From positions 896,001-960,000 of the forward strand of contig CAVPIB010000001.1 in assembly GCA_963704885.1 (NCBI GenBank): a DNA stretch of 64,000 bases. Direction: 5' to 3'. The position numbers and the translations under genes were made by a program. The number at the start of each line of letters is the position of its first letter. The first letter of the stretch is position 1. Source of the DNA: an uncultured Actinomycetes bacterium. Its GTDB lineage: Bacteria; Actinomycetota; UBA4738; HRBIN12. Of the stretch, positions 38,078 through 48,006 are shown one piece after another. Under the pieces are notes generated by a model. It was not told the DNA's origin, made no database searches, and was given only the letters and a program-made list of their open reading frames with translations.

Positions 38078-38671
38078 TCACCAGCCGAGGACGTCTTCGT
38101 CTCCCTCGAGCTGCACGCCTAGACCGTCGGCGAGTCGGTTCACGTAGGCGAAGTAGCAGGTGATCATGTTCGCATCCAGGATCTCGCGGTCCGTCAGACC
38201 CGCCCCTCGCATCGGAGCCAGGTCGGACTCGACCATGTTCCACGGCTCACGCGTGAGCTTGTCCGCGTAGTCGCAGATCGCCCGCTCGCGCGGTGTCAGC
38301 GGTGCCGTCCGATGATCTGCCTCGAGCGCCGCCGCGAATCCCGGCCGGCGCCGATCCGTCATGCGGGCCAGACCGGCCGCGTGATGGCGTAGTCAGTAGT
38401 GGCACGCGTTCACCGCAGAGACGACGACGCCGATCATCTCCCGTTCGGGCCGGCTGAGATCGCCCTTGCCGTGCATCAGCGTCCGATAGAGGCGGGAGTG
38501 ATCGCGCATCGTCTCCGGATGGAGACTGTGGATGGCCAGGATGTGATCCACGGTGCCGGTCTTGGCCGTTCGCATCTCGTCGTACAGCTCGGCGAGCTCC
38601 CCTTCGGCTTCCGCCTCGGGGATCACTTCGATCCAGGCCGGCCGATGCTCGGGCGAGGGGTCCTCGTTCAT
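38078..38671 (-). CDS. AhpD/CMD-family peroxidase-related protein with in-frame UGA (CHY-U): probable selenoprotein
   Basis: LSRPEREMIGVVVSAVNACHY-TGA-LRHHAAGL continues in frame into ICDYADKLT, GLTDREI, YFAYVNRLADGLG. The TGA at 38393-38395 takes the place of the second Cys of CxxC. Confidence 0.88.
38356..38387 (-). promoter_or_regulatory. Bacterial SECIS element
   Basis: CCAUCACGCGGCC-GGUCU-GGCCCGCAUGACGG hairpin. GGU CUG are codons +7/+8 after the UGA, the same loop and spacing as E. coli fdhF. Confidence 0.8.
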
Positions 38672-38697
38672 CGGGCGCCATCCTCGCACACCCTTCT

Positions 38698-39439
38698 TCA
38701 GACGGGCTCTTCGATCGACGAGACCACCTTCCAACCCGACGACCCTTCGAAGACGAGGACTGAGATCCTGGTTGCGCTCGGACAGCAATGGGCATCCCCT
38801 TCCGCGAATACGGCTTCACGGATCTCCAGACCGATCGGGTCGGTGGACAGGTCGATCGTCGTGTCGCAGGTCTTCTTCTTGAAGACGGTCGCGTTCGCCG
38901 CAAGATCGATCACGCGCCACCTGCCGCACGCCCCGGAACCTCCCGGTGTCCTCGAACGTCAGTGCATCAGGCGATCCATCCCCGGTCGCGTCGCCGATGA
39001 TCGCACGGATCTGGATGACCCCGCGCTGCGGCGGGTCGCGCAGTCCGAACAGGGGACGCCACGGCGATGACTCTCCGGGGAAGCGTCGCCATACGACGAG
39101 GCCGTGCTCCCGTCGGAACGGGTCGGTGCCAGGGTCCACCCAGGCGACCAAGATCGACGACCCTGCCGACGTCTCCGCGAACCAGACGTCCGTCACCGAC
39201 GTACCCCGTGGCACCAACGCCTCGGGCGGGACCTCGGAGGCCTCGACGTCTCGGTCGTAGGACGAGGGCGTGCCCGCCGTCACGCCGACCGGTTCAACCG
39301 CCGGGCTCGGCGACGAAGAGGAGGTTGGTGTCAACGGTGTCGGCGTCGGGGAGACGAGCACCGATGGGGACGGCTCGGCCTCCCCGCTGCACGCGGCGGC
39401 CAGCACGACGAGCGCGGTCGCCCATATCACCCTCCGCAT
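38698..39439 (-). CDS. Lipoprotein (LppP/LprE-like, DAHCCPS motif); frameshift at about 38941
   Basis: Lipobox LAAAC; removing one G joins FEDTGGSGACGRWRVIDL...DAHCCPS; leaderless TAGGCT-6nt-ATG. Confidence 0.65.
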
Positions 39440-39476
39440 CGCCGCAGCCTAACGACGCCGACGTAGGATGCCCGCG

Positions 39477-39992
39477 ATGACCGCGCCCGCCCTCACACCG
39501 AAACCCGCGTCCCAGTCCCGGGTGACGCTCACACAGATGATGGAGGTCACCGACGCCAACGTGGCCGGCAACGTCCATGGTGGCGTGATCATGAGGCTCG
39601 TCGACACGGCAGCGGCCCTGGCCGCGATCCGTCACGCCGGCGGGTTGGCGGTTACGGTGTCCCTCGACGAGATGTCATTCCGGGAGCCCGTCCACATCGG
39701 TGACGTCGTGACGCTGCACGCCTCAGTGAACGACGTTGGAACGACCTCTATGGAGTGCGGTGTCCGCGTGGAGGCCGAGAACCCCATCAGCGGCCGTCGC
39801 GTGCATGCGGCGAGCGCGTTCCTGGTCTTCGTGGCGATCGACGGGGAAGGCCATCCGCGGCCCGTTCCGCCCCTGCTGGCCGAGAGCGAGACCGAGAAGC
39901 GTCGCCAGCGCGAGGCGAAGCTCCGCCGCCAGACACGCATGGCCCACAAGGAAACACTGAAAGCCGCGCGCGCCGCCGAACGCTCTGAGTGA
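39477..39992 (+). CDS. Acyl-CoA thioesterase (hot-dog fold, YciA-like)
   Basis: DANVAGNVHGG-x-IM-x-x-x-D, F-x-x-PV-x-IGD, VG-x-TSME, FVAID. Confidence 0.92.
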   Translation: MTAPALTPKPASQSRVTLTQMMEVTDANVAGNVHGGVIMRLVDTAAALAAIRHAGGLAVTVSLDEMSFREPVHIGDVVTLHASVNDVGTTSMECGVRVEAENPISGRRVHAASAFLVFVAIDGEGHPRPVPPLLAESETEKRRQREAKLRRQTRMAHKETLKAARAAERSE

Positions 39993-40004
39993 CCCGCGGC
40001 GACC

Positions 40005-40036
40005 GGGACCGAAGACCCATGCGGGAGTGCTCTCCC
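40005..40036. promoter_or_regulatory. Tandem DosR-like boxes upstream of the 2TM gene and acnA
   Basis: GGGACCGAAGACCC and GGGAGTGCTCTCCC. Confidence 0.55.
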
Positions 40037-40058
40037 ACTGCCAGCGTGACTCTGGGAG

Positions 40059-40352
40059 GTGACGACGGTGGATGAGATCACGACCGATGGCGAGGAGCTC
40101 CGTCGCCTGGCGATCGAGCGGATCCGCAAGCGCTCGGAGTTCAAGGTGCATCTGCTCGCATACTTCTTGGTGAACTCGTTCCTTGTGGCGATCTGGGCCT
40201 TGAACGACGCGAGCTTCTTCTGGCCGATCTTCCCGATCCTCGGCTGGGGGATCGGTGTGGTGTTCAACGCCTGGGACGTGTACAAGCGGCCGTTCCCGAC
40301 CGAAGGTCAGATCCAGCACGAGATCGACGCGCTCCGCGAGCCACACCGCTGA
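40059..40352 (+). CDS. 2TM-domain protein
   Basis: FKVHLLAYFLVN, FFWPIFPILGWGIG; SD GGAG. Confidence 0.8.
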   Translation: MTTVDEITTDGEELRRLAIERIRKRSEFKVHLLAYFLVNSFLVAIWALNDASFFWPIFPILGWGIGVVFNAWDVYKRPFPTEGQIQHEIDALREPHR

Positions 40353-40431
40353 GAACGGGTTCCCGCCCGTAGCTGGGCGCGTTGGCACGCGTGGGAGGAT
40401 GGAGGTCCGAACCTGAAAGGGATCGATCTCC

Positions 40432-43143
40432 ATGACAGAGGGACCTTCCGAGGCGGGCCGTGCGCTCGAGACCGCCGATGGCTCCGTCAACATCTATGGA
40501 CTAGACGCGGTCGCGGCCACCGACCATCTCCCCAAGACCATCAAGATCCTCCTCGAGAACCTGCTTCGGCGTGCCGGGACGCGCGACGTGTCCGACGGCG
40601 ACGTCCGGGCGCTCGCCGCCTGGCCCGAACCCGCGCGCGATATCGCGTTCATGCCCTCGCGGGTCTTGATGCAGGATCTGACCGGCGTCCCGGCGGTCGT
40701 CGATCTGGCGGCCATGCGCTCCGCCATCGCGCGCTACGGCGGCGACCCCTCCAAGGTGGATCCGCTGGTGCCCGCCGACCTTGTGATCGACCACTCGGTT
40801 CAGGTCGACATGTTCCGAACCGAAGGGGCCTACGCCGCCAACATCGAGTGGGAGTACAAGCGCAACACCGAGCGTTACACGCTGCTCCGCTGGGCGCAGC
40901 AGGCGTTCGACGGCCTTCGCGTGGTGCCGCCCGGCGCCGGGATCTGCCACCAGGTGAACCTGGAGCACCTGGGACAGGTCGTGACCGTGCGCGACGGGGT
41001 CGCGTTCCCCGACACGGTGATCGGGACCGATTCGCACACGACCATGATCAACGGCTTGGGCATCCTGGGGTGGGGGGTCGGTGGGATCGAAGCCGAGGCG
41101 GCGATGCTCGGCCAACCCACGTTCCTGCCGCAGCCGATCGTAACCGGTGTGCGGATCACCGGCGCGCTGCCGCCAGGCACCACGGCCACCGACCTGGTCC
41201 TCACGCTTACCGAGATGCTGCGTATTCACGGCGTCGTAGGCCGGTTCGTCGAGTTCTTCGGCGACGGCGTTTCTTCGCTCTCGATCGCCGACCGCGCCAC
41301 GCTCTCCAACATGTGCCCCGAGTACGGCGCCACCTCGTCGTACTTCCCGATCGACGCCGAGACGCTCCGGTACCTCGCGTTCACCGGCCGGGGCGATCGC
41401 GTCGACCTCGTGGAGCGCTACGCCAAGGAACAGGGGCTGTTCCGCTCCGAGGGCGACCCCGATCCGGTGTTCAGCGAGACGCTCGAACTCGACCTATCCG
41501 CGATCGAACCCTCCGTCGCCGGTCCGAAGCGCCCACAGGATCGCGTCCCTCTGGCGGGCGTGTGGGACTCGTTCGTCGGCGCGTTCCGCGATCGCCAGGA
41601 ACCCGACCCGACGGCGGTGGAGATAGGCCAGTTCATGGCCGAGGGTGGTCCCACTCGCCTCGACCGTCTGCCGGGCGGCGCCGACCCGCTCGATGTCGCG
41701 GCGATTCCTGGCGACGACGCGGCGGTCCGCCACGGCTCCGTCGTGATCGCGGCCATCACCAGCTGCACCAACACCTCGAACCCCTCGGTGATGCTCGCCG
41801 CCGGCCTGCTCGCGAAGAAGGCCGTAGAGGCTGGGCTGCAGACGAAGCCGTGGGTGAAGACCAGCCTGGCGCCCGGTTCCCGAGTGGTGACCGAGTACCT
41901 GAACCGCGCCGGCCTCACGCCCTACCTCGACAAGCTCGGGTTCAGCCTCGTGGGCTACGGCTGTACGACGTGCATCGGGAACTCGGGGCCGCTGCCCGAG
42001 GCGGTCGCGCAGGCGGTCGACGAAGGCGATCTGAACGTGGTCGCGGTGCTCTCGGGCAATCGCAACTTCGAGGGGCGGATCCATCCGCAGGTGCGTGCGA
42101 GCTACCTGGCGTCGCCGCCGCTCTGTGTCGCGTACGCGCTGGCAGGGACCGTGCGGGTCGACCTCACGACGGAACCGATCGGGCAGGGCGCCGGCGGACC
42201 GGTCTACCTCAGCGACATCTGGCCGAGCCCCGAAGAGGTCCGCGATGCCATCGCGTCATCGCTCGAACCAGAGCAGTTCGAACGCGAGTACTCCCGCATC
42301 TGGGACGGCGACGACCGATGGAACGCGCTGCCGGCGCCCACGGGTCCGATGTACGAGTGGGACGAGGCGTCCACCTACGTCCAGGAGCCGCCGTTCTTCG
42401 AGGGGCTCGACGCCGCAGAGGTCGCCGCCGGCGACATCGAGGGAGCGCGCGTCCTGGTCAACGTGGGCGACTCGATCACCACCGACCACATCTCGCCTGC
42501 GGGCGCGATCAAGGCCAACTCGCCGGCGGGAGAGTTCCTACGCGAGCGAGGCGTCGAGCCACCTGCTTTCAACAGCTACGGCGCACGGCGCGGGAACCAC
42601 CAGGTGATGATGCGCGGCACGTTCGCCAACATCAGGCTGCGCAACGAGATGGCACCCGGTACGGAGGGTCCATGGACCACGCACCTGCCCAGCGGCGAGC
42701 GGATGACGGTGTTCGCGGCGGCCGAGCGGTACCGGGCACAGGGCGTGCCGCTCGCGGTGCTAGCCGGCAAGGAGTACGGAAGCGGCTCCAGCCGCGACTG
42801 GGCCGCGAAGGGCCCTTCGCTACTTGGTGTGCGGTTCGCGATCGCCGAGAGCTACGAGCGGATCCATCGGAGCAACCTCGTGGGGATGGGAGTCCTGCCG
42901 CTGCAGTACGCGGAGGGCGACTCCGCGGCGACGCTCGGCCTGTCCGGCCGTGAGACGTTCGCGGTTCGCGGCCTGGACGGCGGCCTGACGCCGGGCATGG
43001 AGGTCACCGTCGAGGCGACTCCCGACGACGGCTCCACCGTAACGTTCCCGGCGACCGTGAGGATCGACGGAGCCGCGGAGGTCGAGTACTTCGCGAACGG
43101 CGGTCTCCTGCGGATGGTTCTTCGCGACACGCTGGCGGGCTGA
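40432..43143 (+). CDS. acnA: Aconitate hydratase A
   Basis: RVLMQD-x-TGVP, DHSVQVD, GICHQVNLE, GTDSHT, AITSCTNTSNP, GCTTCIGNSG, TTDHISPAG, GSGSSRDWAAKG. Confidence 0.97.
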   Translation: MTEGPSEAGRALETADGSVNIYGLDAVAATDHLPKTIKILLENLLRRAGTRDVSDGDVRALAAWPEPARDIAFMPSRVLMQDLTGVPAVVDLAAMRSAIARYGGDPSKVDPLVPADLVIDHSVQVDMFRTEGAYAANIEWEYKRNTERYTLLRWAQQAFDGLRVVPPGAGICHQVNLEHLGQVVTVRDGVAFPDTVIGTDSHTTMINGLGILGWGVGGIEAEAAMLGQPTFLPQPIVTGVRITGALPPGTTATDLVLTLTEMLRIHGVVGRFVEFFGDGVSSLSIADRATLSNMCPEYGATSSYFPIDAETLRYLAFTGRGDRVDLVERYAKEQGLFRSEGDPDPVFSETLELDLSAIEPSVAGPKRPQDRVPLAGVWDSFVGAFRDRQEPDPTAVEIGQFMAEGGPTRLDRLPGGADPLDVAAIPGDDAAVRHGSVVIAAITSCTNTSNPSVMLAAGLLAKKAVEAGLQTKPWVKTSLAPGSRVVTEYLNRAGLTPYLDKLGFSLVGYGCTTCIGNSGPLPEAVAQAVDEGDLNVVAVLSGNRNFEGRIHPQVRASYLASPPLCVAYALAGTVRVDLTTEPIGQGAGGPVYLSDIWPSPEEVRDAIASSLEPEQFEREYSRIWDGDDRWNALPAPTGPMYEWDEASTYVQEPPFFEGLDAAEVAAGDIEGARVLVNVGDSITTDHISPAGAIKANSPAGEFLRERGVEPPAFNSYGARRGNHQVMMRGTFANIRLRNEMAPGTEGPWTTHLPSGERMTVFAAAERYRAQGVPLAVLAGKEYGSGSSRDWAAKGPSLLGVRFAIAESYERIHRSNLVGMGVLPLQYAEGDSAATLGLSGRETFAVRGLDGGLTPGMEVTVEATPDDGSTVTFPATVRIDGAAEVEYFANGGLLRMVLRDTLAG

Positions 43144-43159
43144 TCGGGTCGCGCAACGC

Positions 43160-43187
43160 AAGAGCGGGGGCCGTGGCCCCCGCTCTT
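43160..43187. terminator. Bidirectional hairpin terminator between convergent acnA and the DoxX gene
   Basis: Perfect inverted repeat AAGAGCGGGGGCC-GT-GGCCCCCGCTCTT. Confidence 0.8.
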
Positions 43188-43204
43188 CGGCCCGTCCGGT
43201 CGTG

Positions 43205-43825
43205 TCAGACCAGGATCGGGTGCCTCTTGACCAGCTCGGTCCGCTGCCAGGCCTTTCCGAGCCCGTAGTAGCGGCCCGCGTTCGCCAGGATGATCCCGAC
43301 GAGCACGATCGCGTAGACGATGTGGTCGTCCATGAACGGGTTGTTCTCCGGCCAGATCGCGGTGCCCAGGTAGAACGCCGCCATCCAGAGGATCCCGCCC
43401 AAACTGGCGAGCTTGACGCCGATCCCGAGGATCAGGCCCAGTCCGATCAGCAGCATCGACACCATGTACACCGCGTCGAACCACCCGGCCACCTGCGGCC
43501 CGGTCGCCGTCATCTGGAAGCCGGTGATCGTCTGGAACACATCGGTGAACGGCCCGTGAACCGCGAACCCAACCGCGCCTACGGTCGGGGAGCCGCCTGC
43601 GAACCAGGCGACGTCCTTCGCGAAGAAGTCGATCGTGCCGTCCTCGAGTCGTCCGGTGTGGAACCCCAGCGCGAACGCCTTGTCGATGAACGCCCACAGG
43701 AACGTCCAGCCAAGCGCTACGCGGAGCAGGCCGAAGACACGCTGCAGGCCCCTGGTGTGGATGGGCTCGAGCGCCTCCATCTCGGGGATGTCCACCCCGG
43801 CAGTCCTGTCGTATGTCGTTGCCAT
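43205..43825 (-). CDS. DoxX-family membrane protein (thiosulfate dehydrogenase large-subunit-like)
   Basis: LRVALGWTFLWAFIDK, GGSPT, NNPFMDDH, AGRYYGLG. Confidence 0.85.
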   Translation of the reverse strand: MATTYDRTAGVDIPEMEALEPIHTRGLQRVFGLLRVALGWTFLWAFIDKAFALGFHTGRLEDGTIDFFAKDVAWFAGGSPTVGAVGFAVHGPFTDVFQTITGFQMTATGPQVAGWFDAVYMVSMLLIGLGLILGIGVKLASLGGILWMAAFYLGTAIWPENNPFMDDHIVYAIVLVGIILANAGRYYGLGKAWQRTELVKRHPILV

Positions 43826-43940
43826 GTGTCCACCTCCCTCCGTCTGGGCACAGAATCCCCCCCGGTCCGAGTGTCCGCATCGGCCGGGAGACCCGGCGTG
43901 GGTGGGACCTTCAGGTCCGCGAGGGCGTGGTCCCCGCGAG

Positions 43941-44606
43941 CTACTCGACGCTGCCGGGGGTGGTGGTGTGGCGGGCCAGGTAGGCGGCGGCCTCCGCTCG
44001 ACGCGCGACCTCCAGCTTGGACAGGATGCTGGAGACGTAGTTCTTGACGGTCTTCTCGGCCAGGTTCAGCTCATCGCCGATCTCGCGATTCGTGCGTCCG
44101 CCGGCCACCAACGTGAGGATCCTCTCTTCTTGCGGTGACAGGCGGGCCAGCTTCTCGTCCTTCATCAGGTGCTTCCCTTTGCGGAGACGATCGAGCACCG
44201 CGCTCGTGACCGCCGGGTCCAGCAGGCTCTCGCCGGCGCCCACGGCACGGATCGCGCGAAGGAGATCGTCGGATCGCACCTGCTTCAAGACGTAACCCGA
44301 TGCGCCGGCCATGATCGAGGCGAACAACGCCTCGTCATCGGCGAACGACGTCAGCATGAGCACCTGCGTCTTGGGATGTTTCGCGCGGATCTCACGCGTC
44401 GCCTCGATGCCGCTCCCGTCGATCAGCCGGACGTCCATCACGACGACGTCGGGGCGGGTGCGGTCGGCCTCGTCGATCGCCTCTTGCACCGAGCCTGCCT
44501 CGGCGGTCACGACCACGTCGTCCTGCGGCTGGAGCATGGCCCGGATGCCATCGCGCACGATCTGGTGGTCATCGACGAGCATGACGCGGAGCGGCGGCTG
44601 GGCCAT
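43941..44606 (-). CDS. NarL-family response regulator, DosR/DevR-like
   Basis: LVDDH, MDVRL-x-DGSG, LTSFADDEAL, GASGYVLKQ, TNREI...LAEKTVKNYVSSILSKL. Confidence 0.9.
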   Translation of the reverse strand: MAQPPLRVMLVDDHQIVRDGIRAMLQPQDDVVVTAEAGSVQEAIDEADRTRPDVVVMDVRLIDGSGIEATREIRAKHPKTQVLMLTSFADDEALFASIMAGASGYVLKQVRSDDLLRAIRAVGAGESLLDPAVTSAVLDRLRKGKHLMKDEKLARLSPQEERILTLVAGGRTNREIGDELNLAEKTVKNYVSSILSKLEVARRAEAAAYLARHTTTPGSVE

Positions 44607-44615
44607 CCACGGATG

Positions 44616-45104
44616 CTACTCGTCTGAAACGGAGATGCTCCGATCGGCGGACGCCTCCGCCATCAGCGCCTCGCCGACCCCATCCAGGAAGTCCTTCAGG
44701 GTCGCCTCGGCCACGCGGAACATGATCGCTCGGTCTATCACCCGGCCGAGCGAGCCCAACGGCGGCACGTAGCGGGCGCTCATGGCCAGCTGGGTCCGGT
44801 GGGGGCCGAGCGGCGCCACCTCGAGATCTGCCTCCAGGGACGGGAACAAGCCCGCCGCGCCGGTCGCCGTCCACTTCAAGGGTACGACGGTCTTGGCGGT
44901 CATCCGCACGGGGGATCCGAACTCGATCGCCACCTGGCGGGCCACTCGAACGTCGTCGCCGAACCCCACCTGGGCCAGGAGCGCGTCTCCTCTTCGATTG
45001 GCGGCGCTGGCCAGACCCGGAACCCAGTCCTGCGGCGCCGACGTCAGGGCGCGTTCGACCTGGGCAGGCTCCATAGGCAGTTCCACGAAGTACCTGGCGA
45101 ACAT
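44616..45104 (-). CDS. Hypothetical protein co-transcribed with the regulator
   Basis: Host-like codon use, SD GGAG, 9 nt gap to the regulator. Fold uncertain (possibly START/SRPBCC-like). Confidence 0.6.
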   Translation of the reverse strand: MFARYFVELPMEPAQVERALTSAPQDWVPGLASAANRRGDALLAQVGFGDDVRVARQVAIEFGSPVRMTAKTVVPLKWTATGAAGLFPSLEADLEVAPLGPHRTQLAMSARYVPPLGSLGRVIDRAIMFRVAEATLKDFLDGVGEALMAEASADRSISVSDE

Positions 45105-45162
45105 AGTTGAAGTGTCTCCATCTAGGCCTAGGGTCCAGAGGGGCGGGGGGCCCGAAGGACAA

Positions 45163-45176
45163 GGGACCTACGGCAC
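45163..45176. promoter_or_regulatory. DosR-like box between the regulator operon and the laccase
   Basis: GGGACCTACGGCAC. Confidence 0.5.
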
Positions 45177-45251
45177 CCTGGGCAGGATCCGGCGCCCCAC
45201 ACACTCGGGCCCATGTGCTCGTCATGTTCTTTCATCGGAAGGGGTAGAGGC

Positions 45252-46646
45252 ATGATGCAAGGTCATATCCGCAAGGGGGCGGTGATCGCTGCATTGAGCG
45301 CCGCAGCGCTGGTTGCAACGGCTTGCACCGGCGGCGACGGCGCGAGCGGCGGCGCCAGCGATCAGGCCGCCGTGGCTCCTGCCACGGTCGAGGTCATGCT
45401 TGCAGACTTCACGATCACCCCGGTCGCGATCTCGGTGCCGGCGGACCAGCCGGTTCAGTTCGCGATCATGAACCACGGTCTGGCCCCGCACACGTTCGCG
45501 GTGGTGGTGGGTGATCAGACCTACGAATCCGATCTGATCGATCCGAGCGGGCAGGGGACGTTGGATGTGCCTGCGCTCGAAACTGGCGCCTACGAGGCGT
45601 ACTGCACGGTGGCAGGGCACAAGGACCTCGGCATGGTGGGCACCGTCAACGCCGGGGTGGAGGCGAACGGGGACGGGACCGACGCGACCGATGGCGGGAC
45701 CATGTCGTCGGCCGGGATGACCGCTCAAGAGATGGCCGACATGCACGAGGTCGGCGTCCAGGCGTTCCTGGCTGGCAAAGAGACCTCCACACGGGGCAAC
45801 CAACCTCTCGAACCGGTGATGGATGGCACCACGAAGGTGTTCGACATGACGGCGCAGAGCATCCAGTGGGAAGTATCGAAGGGCGAGTTCGTTGACGCCA
45901 TGGCGTTCAACGGACAGGTCCCCGGACCGGAGATCTCGGTCGGCTACGGTGACCACATCCGGATCGTGCTGCAGAACCAGCTGGATCAACCAACCACGTT
46001 GCACTTCCACGGGATGACCGTGCCGAACGCCCAGGACGGCGTCCCTTACGTCACGCAGGACGCCATCATGCCGGGGGAGTCATGGACGTATGAGTTCACC
46101 GTCAAGGATCCGCCCGGCATGTACGTCTATCACTCGCACTTCAACTCCACCGAGCAGGTTGGGGGCGGGCTCTACGGCGCGCTCATGGTGCAGCCCGAAG
46201 GGGGGGCGTGGCCCTACCGCGGCGCGACGATCGACGATAGGACCGGCGCCATGACGTTCGGTGCTCCCGTCGCCGTCGACCTCGAGGAGACACTCTTCGT
46301 GGGTGACGGACCGCTCGGGTACGTCTTGAACGGCAAATCGTTCCCGGCCACGACGCCCATCGTCGCGAAGCGGGGCGACTGGGTCCTGATCCACATGGCC
46401 AACGACGGCGCCATGCTGCACCCGATGCACCTGCACGGCTATCACTTCCAGGTCGTCGCGCAAGACGGGTTCCCACTGGAGAATCCTTACATGGCGGACA
46501 CCCTGGTGATCGCCCCGGGCCAGCGGTTCGACGCGCTGGTTCATGCCGTCTACCCGGGTGCCTGGGCGTTCCACTGCCACATCCTGCCCCACGTCGAGGG
46601 TCCGGATGGGATGTTCGGGATGGTGACGGCATTGGTCGTGCAGTGA
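45252..46646 (+). CDS. Lipoprotein: cupredoxin domain fused to a two-domain multicopper oxidase
   Basis: Lipobox ATAC; cupredoxin HTF...YCTVAGHKDLGM; multicopper oxidase motifs LHFHG, YHSH, HPMHLHG, FHCHILPH-x-x-x-x-x-GM. Confidence 0.9.
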   Translation: MMQGHIRKGAVIAALSAAALVATACTGGDGASGGASDQAAVAPATVEVMLADFTITPVAISVPADQPVQFAIMNHGLAPHTFAVVVGDQTYESDLIDPSGQGTLDVPALETGAYEAYCTVAGHKDLGMVGTVNAGVEANGDGTDATDGGTMSSAGMTAQEMADMHEVGVQAFLAGKETSTRGNQPLEPVMDGTTKVFDMTAQSIQWEVSKGEFVDAMAFNGQVPGPEISVGYGDHIRIVLQNQLDQPTTLHFHGMTVPNAQDGVPYVTQDAIMPGESWTYEFTVKDPPGMYVYHSHFNSTEQVGGGLYGALMVQPEGGAWPYRGATIDDRTGAMTFGAPVAVDLEETLFVGDGPLGYVLNGKSFPATTPIVAKRGDWVLIHMANDGAMLHPMHLHGYHFQVVAQDGFPLENPYMADTLVIAPGQRFDALVHAVYPGAWAFHCHILPHVEGPDGMFGMVTALVVQ

Positions 46647-46674
46647 TCTAGTCTGAGACAGACTAGTACAGCGC

Positions 46675-47817
46675 CTATAACGGGAGGAGCGCTCGGACGG
46701 CGGTGCCTTCGCCTGATCGGCTCTGGATCTCGAAGGATCCGCCGAGCGTCTCGACGCGATCGGCGAGGTTGGGCAGGCCCATGCCGGTGGACACCCCTCC
46801 CGGTTCGAAGCCACGACCATCGTCATCGATCTCAAGTACGGCTCCGTCGGAGCGGCGACGTAGCGACACCCGACATGTGGTGGCTTCGGCGTGACGCCCG
46901 ACGTTGGACAGGGCCTCGCGTGTCAGCTGCACCACGTCCGATGCCATCGAGGACAGCTCAGCCGCCACCGTCGGGTCGATCTCGACCACGGTGATCACAC
47001 CGGAGCGACTCTCGAACTCCGCTCCCAGCTGACGAAGAGCCTGGTCCAGCTGACGGTCGGCCAGGATCCCCGGCCGCAGTCCGAAGATGTAGTTGCGGAG
47101 ATCACGGATGGCTCTGTCGATATCGTCGACGGCGCCCTCGATCCGAGAGGCCACTCCATCGTCGGCTGCCGCAGCCGCGACCCCTTGTAGGTTCATGCCG
47201 ACGGCGAATAGCGACTGGATCACGCCGTCGTGGAGCTCCTTCGCGATCCTCTCGCGTTCGTCTAGGACCTCCAGGCGGCGGAGCTCGCTCTGTGCGTGCT
47301 GGGTCTCCTCGTAGAGCCGGGCGTTCTCGATCGCAACGCCCGCCTGGGTCGCGAGCACCTCGAGCGTCTGCTGGTCCTCGTCGGTGAACGCCGTCGCAGC
47401 TCGCTTCTCGGTCAGGTACAGATTGCCGAAGATCTTGCCGCGGGCGATCAGCGGGGCACCCAGCAGGGAGCGCATCGGTGGGTGGTTGGGTGGGAAGCCG
47501 ACCGCGCGACGGTCCGCGGCTATGTCGTCGATCCGAAGCGTCCGTCCCTCGGCGACCAGCAGGCCCAGCAGCCCGTGACCTGTCGGGGGGTCTCCGATCG
47601 CCGCGCGCTCCTGCGGCGTAACCCCTTCGGTGATGAAACGCTCGATCCGGCCGTCGTCGCCCAAGACACTGAGCGCCGCGTATCGAGCGTCCGTTATCTC
47701 AACCGCGAGCTCCACGATCCGCGCCAAGACGGAGTCGAGGGACAGCTCCGAGGTGAGCGCCAGACCGGCCTGGATGAGGAGATCGGCGCGGTCTCGATCG
47801 ACGACAGGCTCGGGCAC
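46675..47817 (-). CDS. GAF-domain sensor histidine kinase, DosS/DevS-like (HisKA_3)
   Basis: GFPPNHPPMRSLLG, GNLYLTEK, ERERIAKELHDGVIQ, EALSNV-x-RH, DDGRG, GMGL. Confidence 0.9.
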   Translation of the reverse strand: MPEPVVDRDRADLLIQAGLALTSELSLDSVLARIVELAVEITDARYAALSVLGDDGRIERFITEGVTPQERAAIGDPPTGHGLLGLLVAEGRTLRIDDIAADRRAVGFPPNHPPMRSLLGAPLIARGKIFGNLYLTEKRAATAFTDEDQQTLEVLATQAGVAIENARLYEETQHAQSELRRLEVLDERERIAKELHDGVIQSLFAVGMNLQGVAAAAADDGVASRIEGAVDDIDRAIRDLRNYIFGLRPGILADRQLDQALRQLGAEFESRSGVITVVEIDPTVAAELSSMASDVVQLTREALSNVGRHAEATTCRVSLRRRSDGAVLEIDDDGRGFEPGGVSTGMGLPNLADRVETLGGSFEIQSRSGEGTAVRALLPL

Positions 47818-47907
47818 ACCCAGAGCCTAACGCGACGAGGGCAGGGGTCTCGCTCCCGATAGCGTCGCGTTCCTCTCACCTTATGGGGTGCGGGTGCTCC
47901 GGGGCCA

Positions 47908-47944
47908 GGGCCGTTGGTCCGGCAGGCATCGGGACCCCGGTGCC
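47908..47944. promoter_or_regulatory. DosR-like boxes upstream of hsp20
   Basis: GGGCCGTTGGTCCG and GGGACCCCGGTGCC. Confidence 0.5.
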
Positions 47945-48006
47945 GTGAAGCGGCCGAGTGGAGGCGTACGGTGAAGGTGCCATCACCGCGAGGGGAGGTG
48001 ACCACG

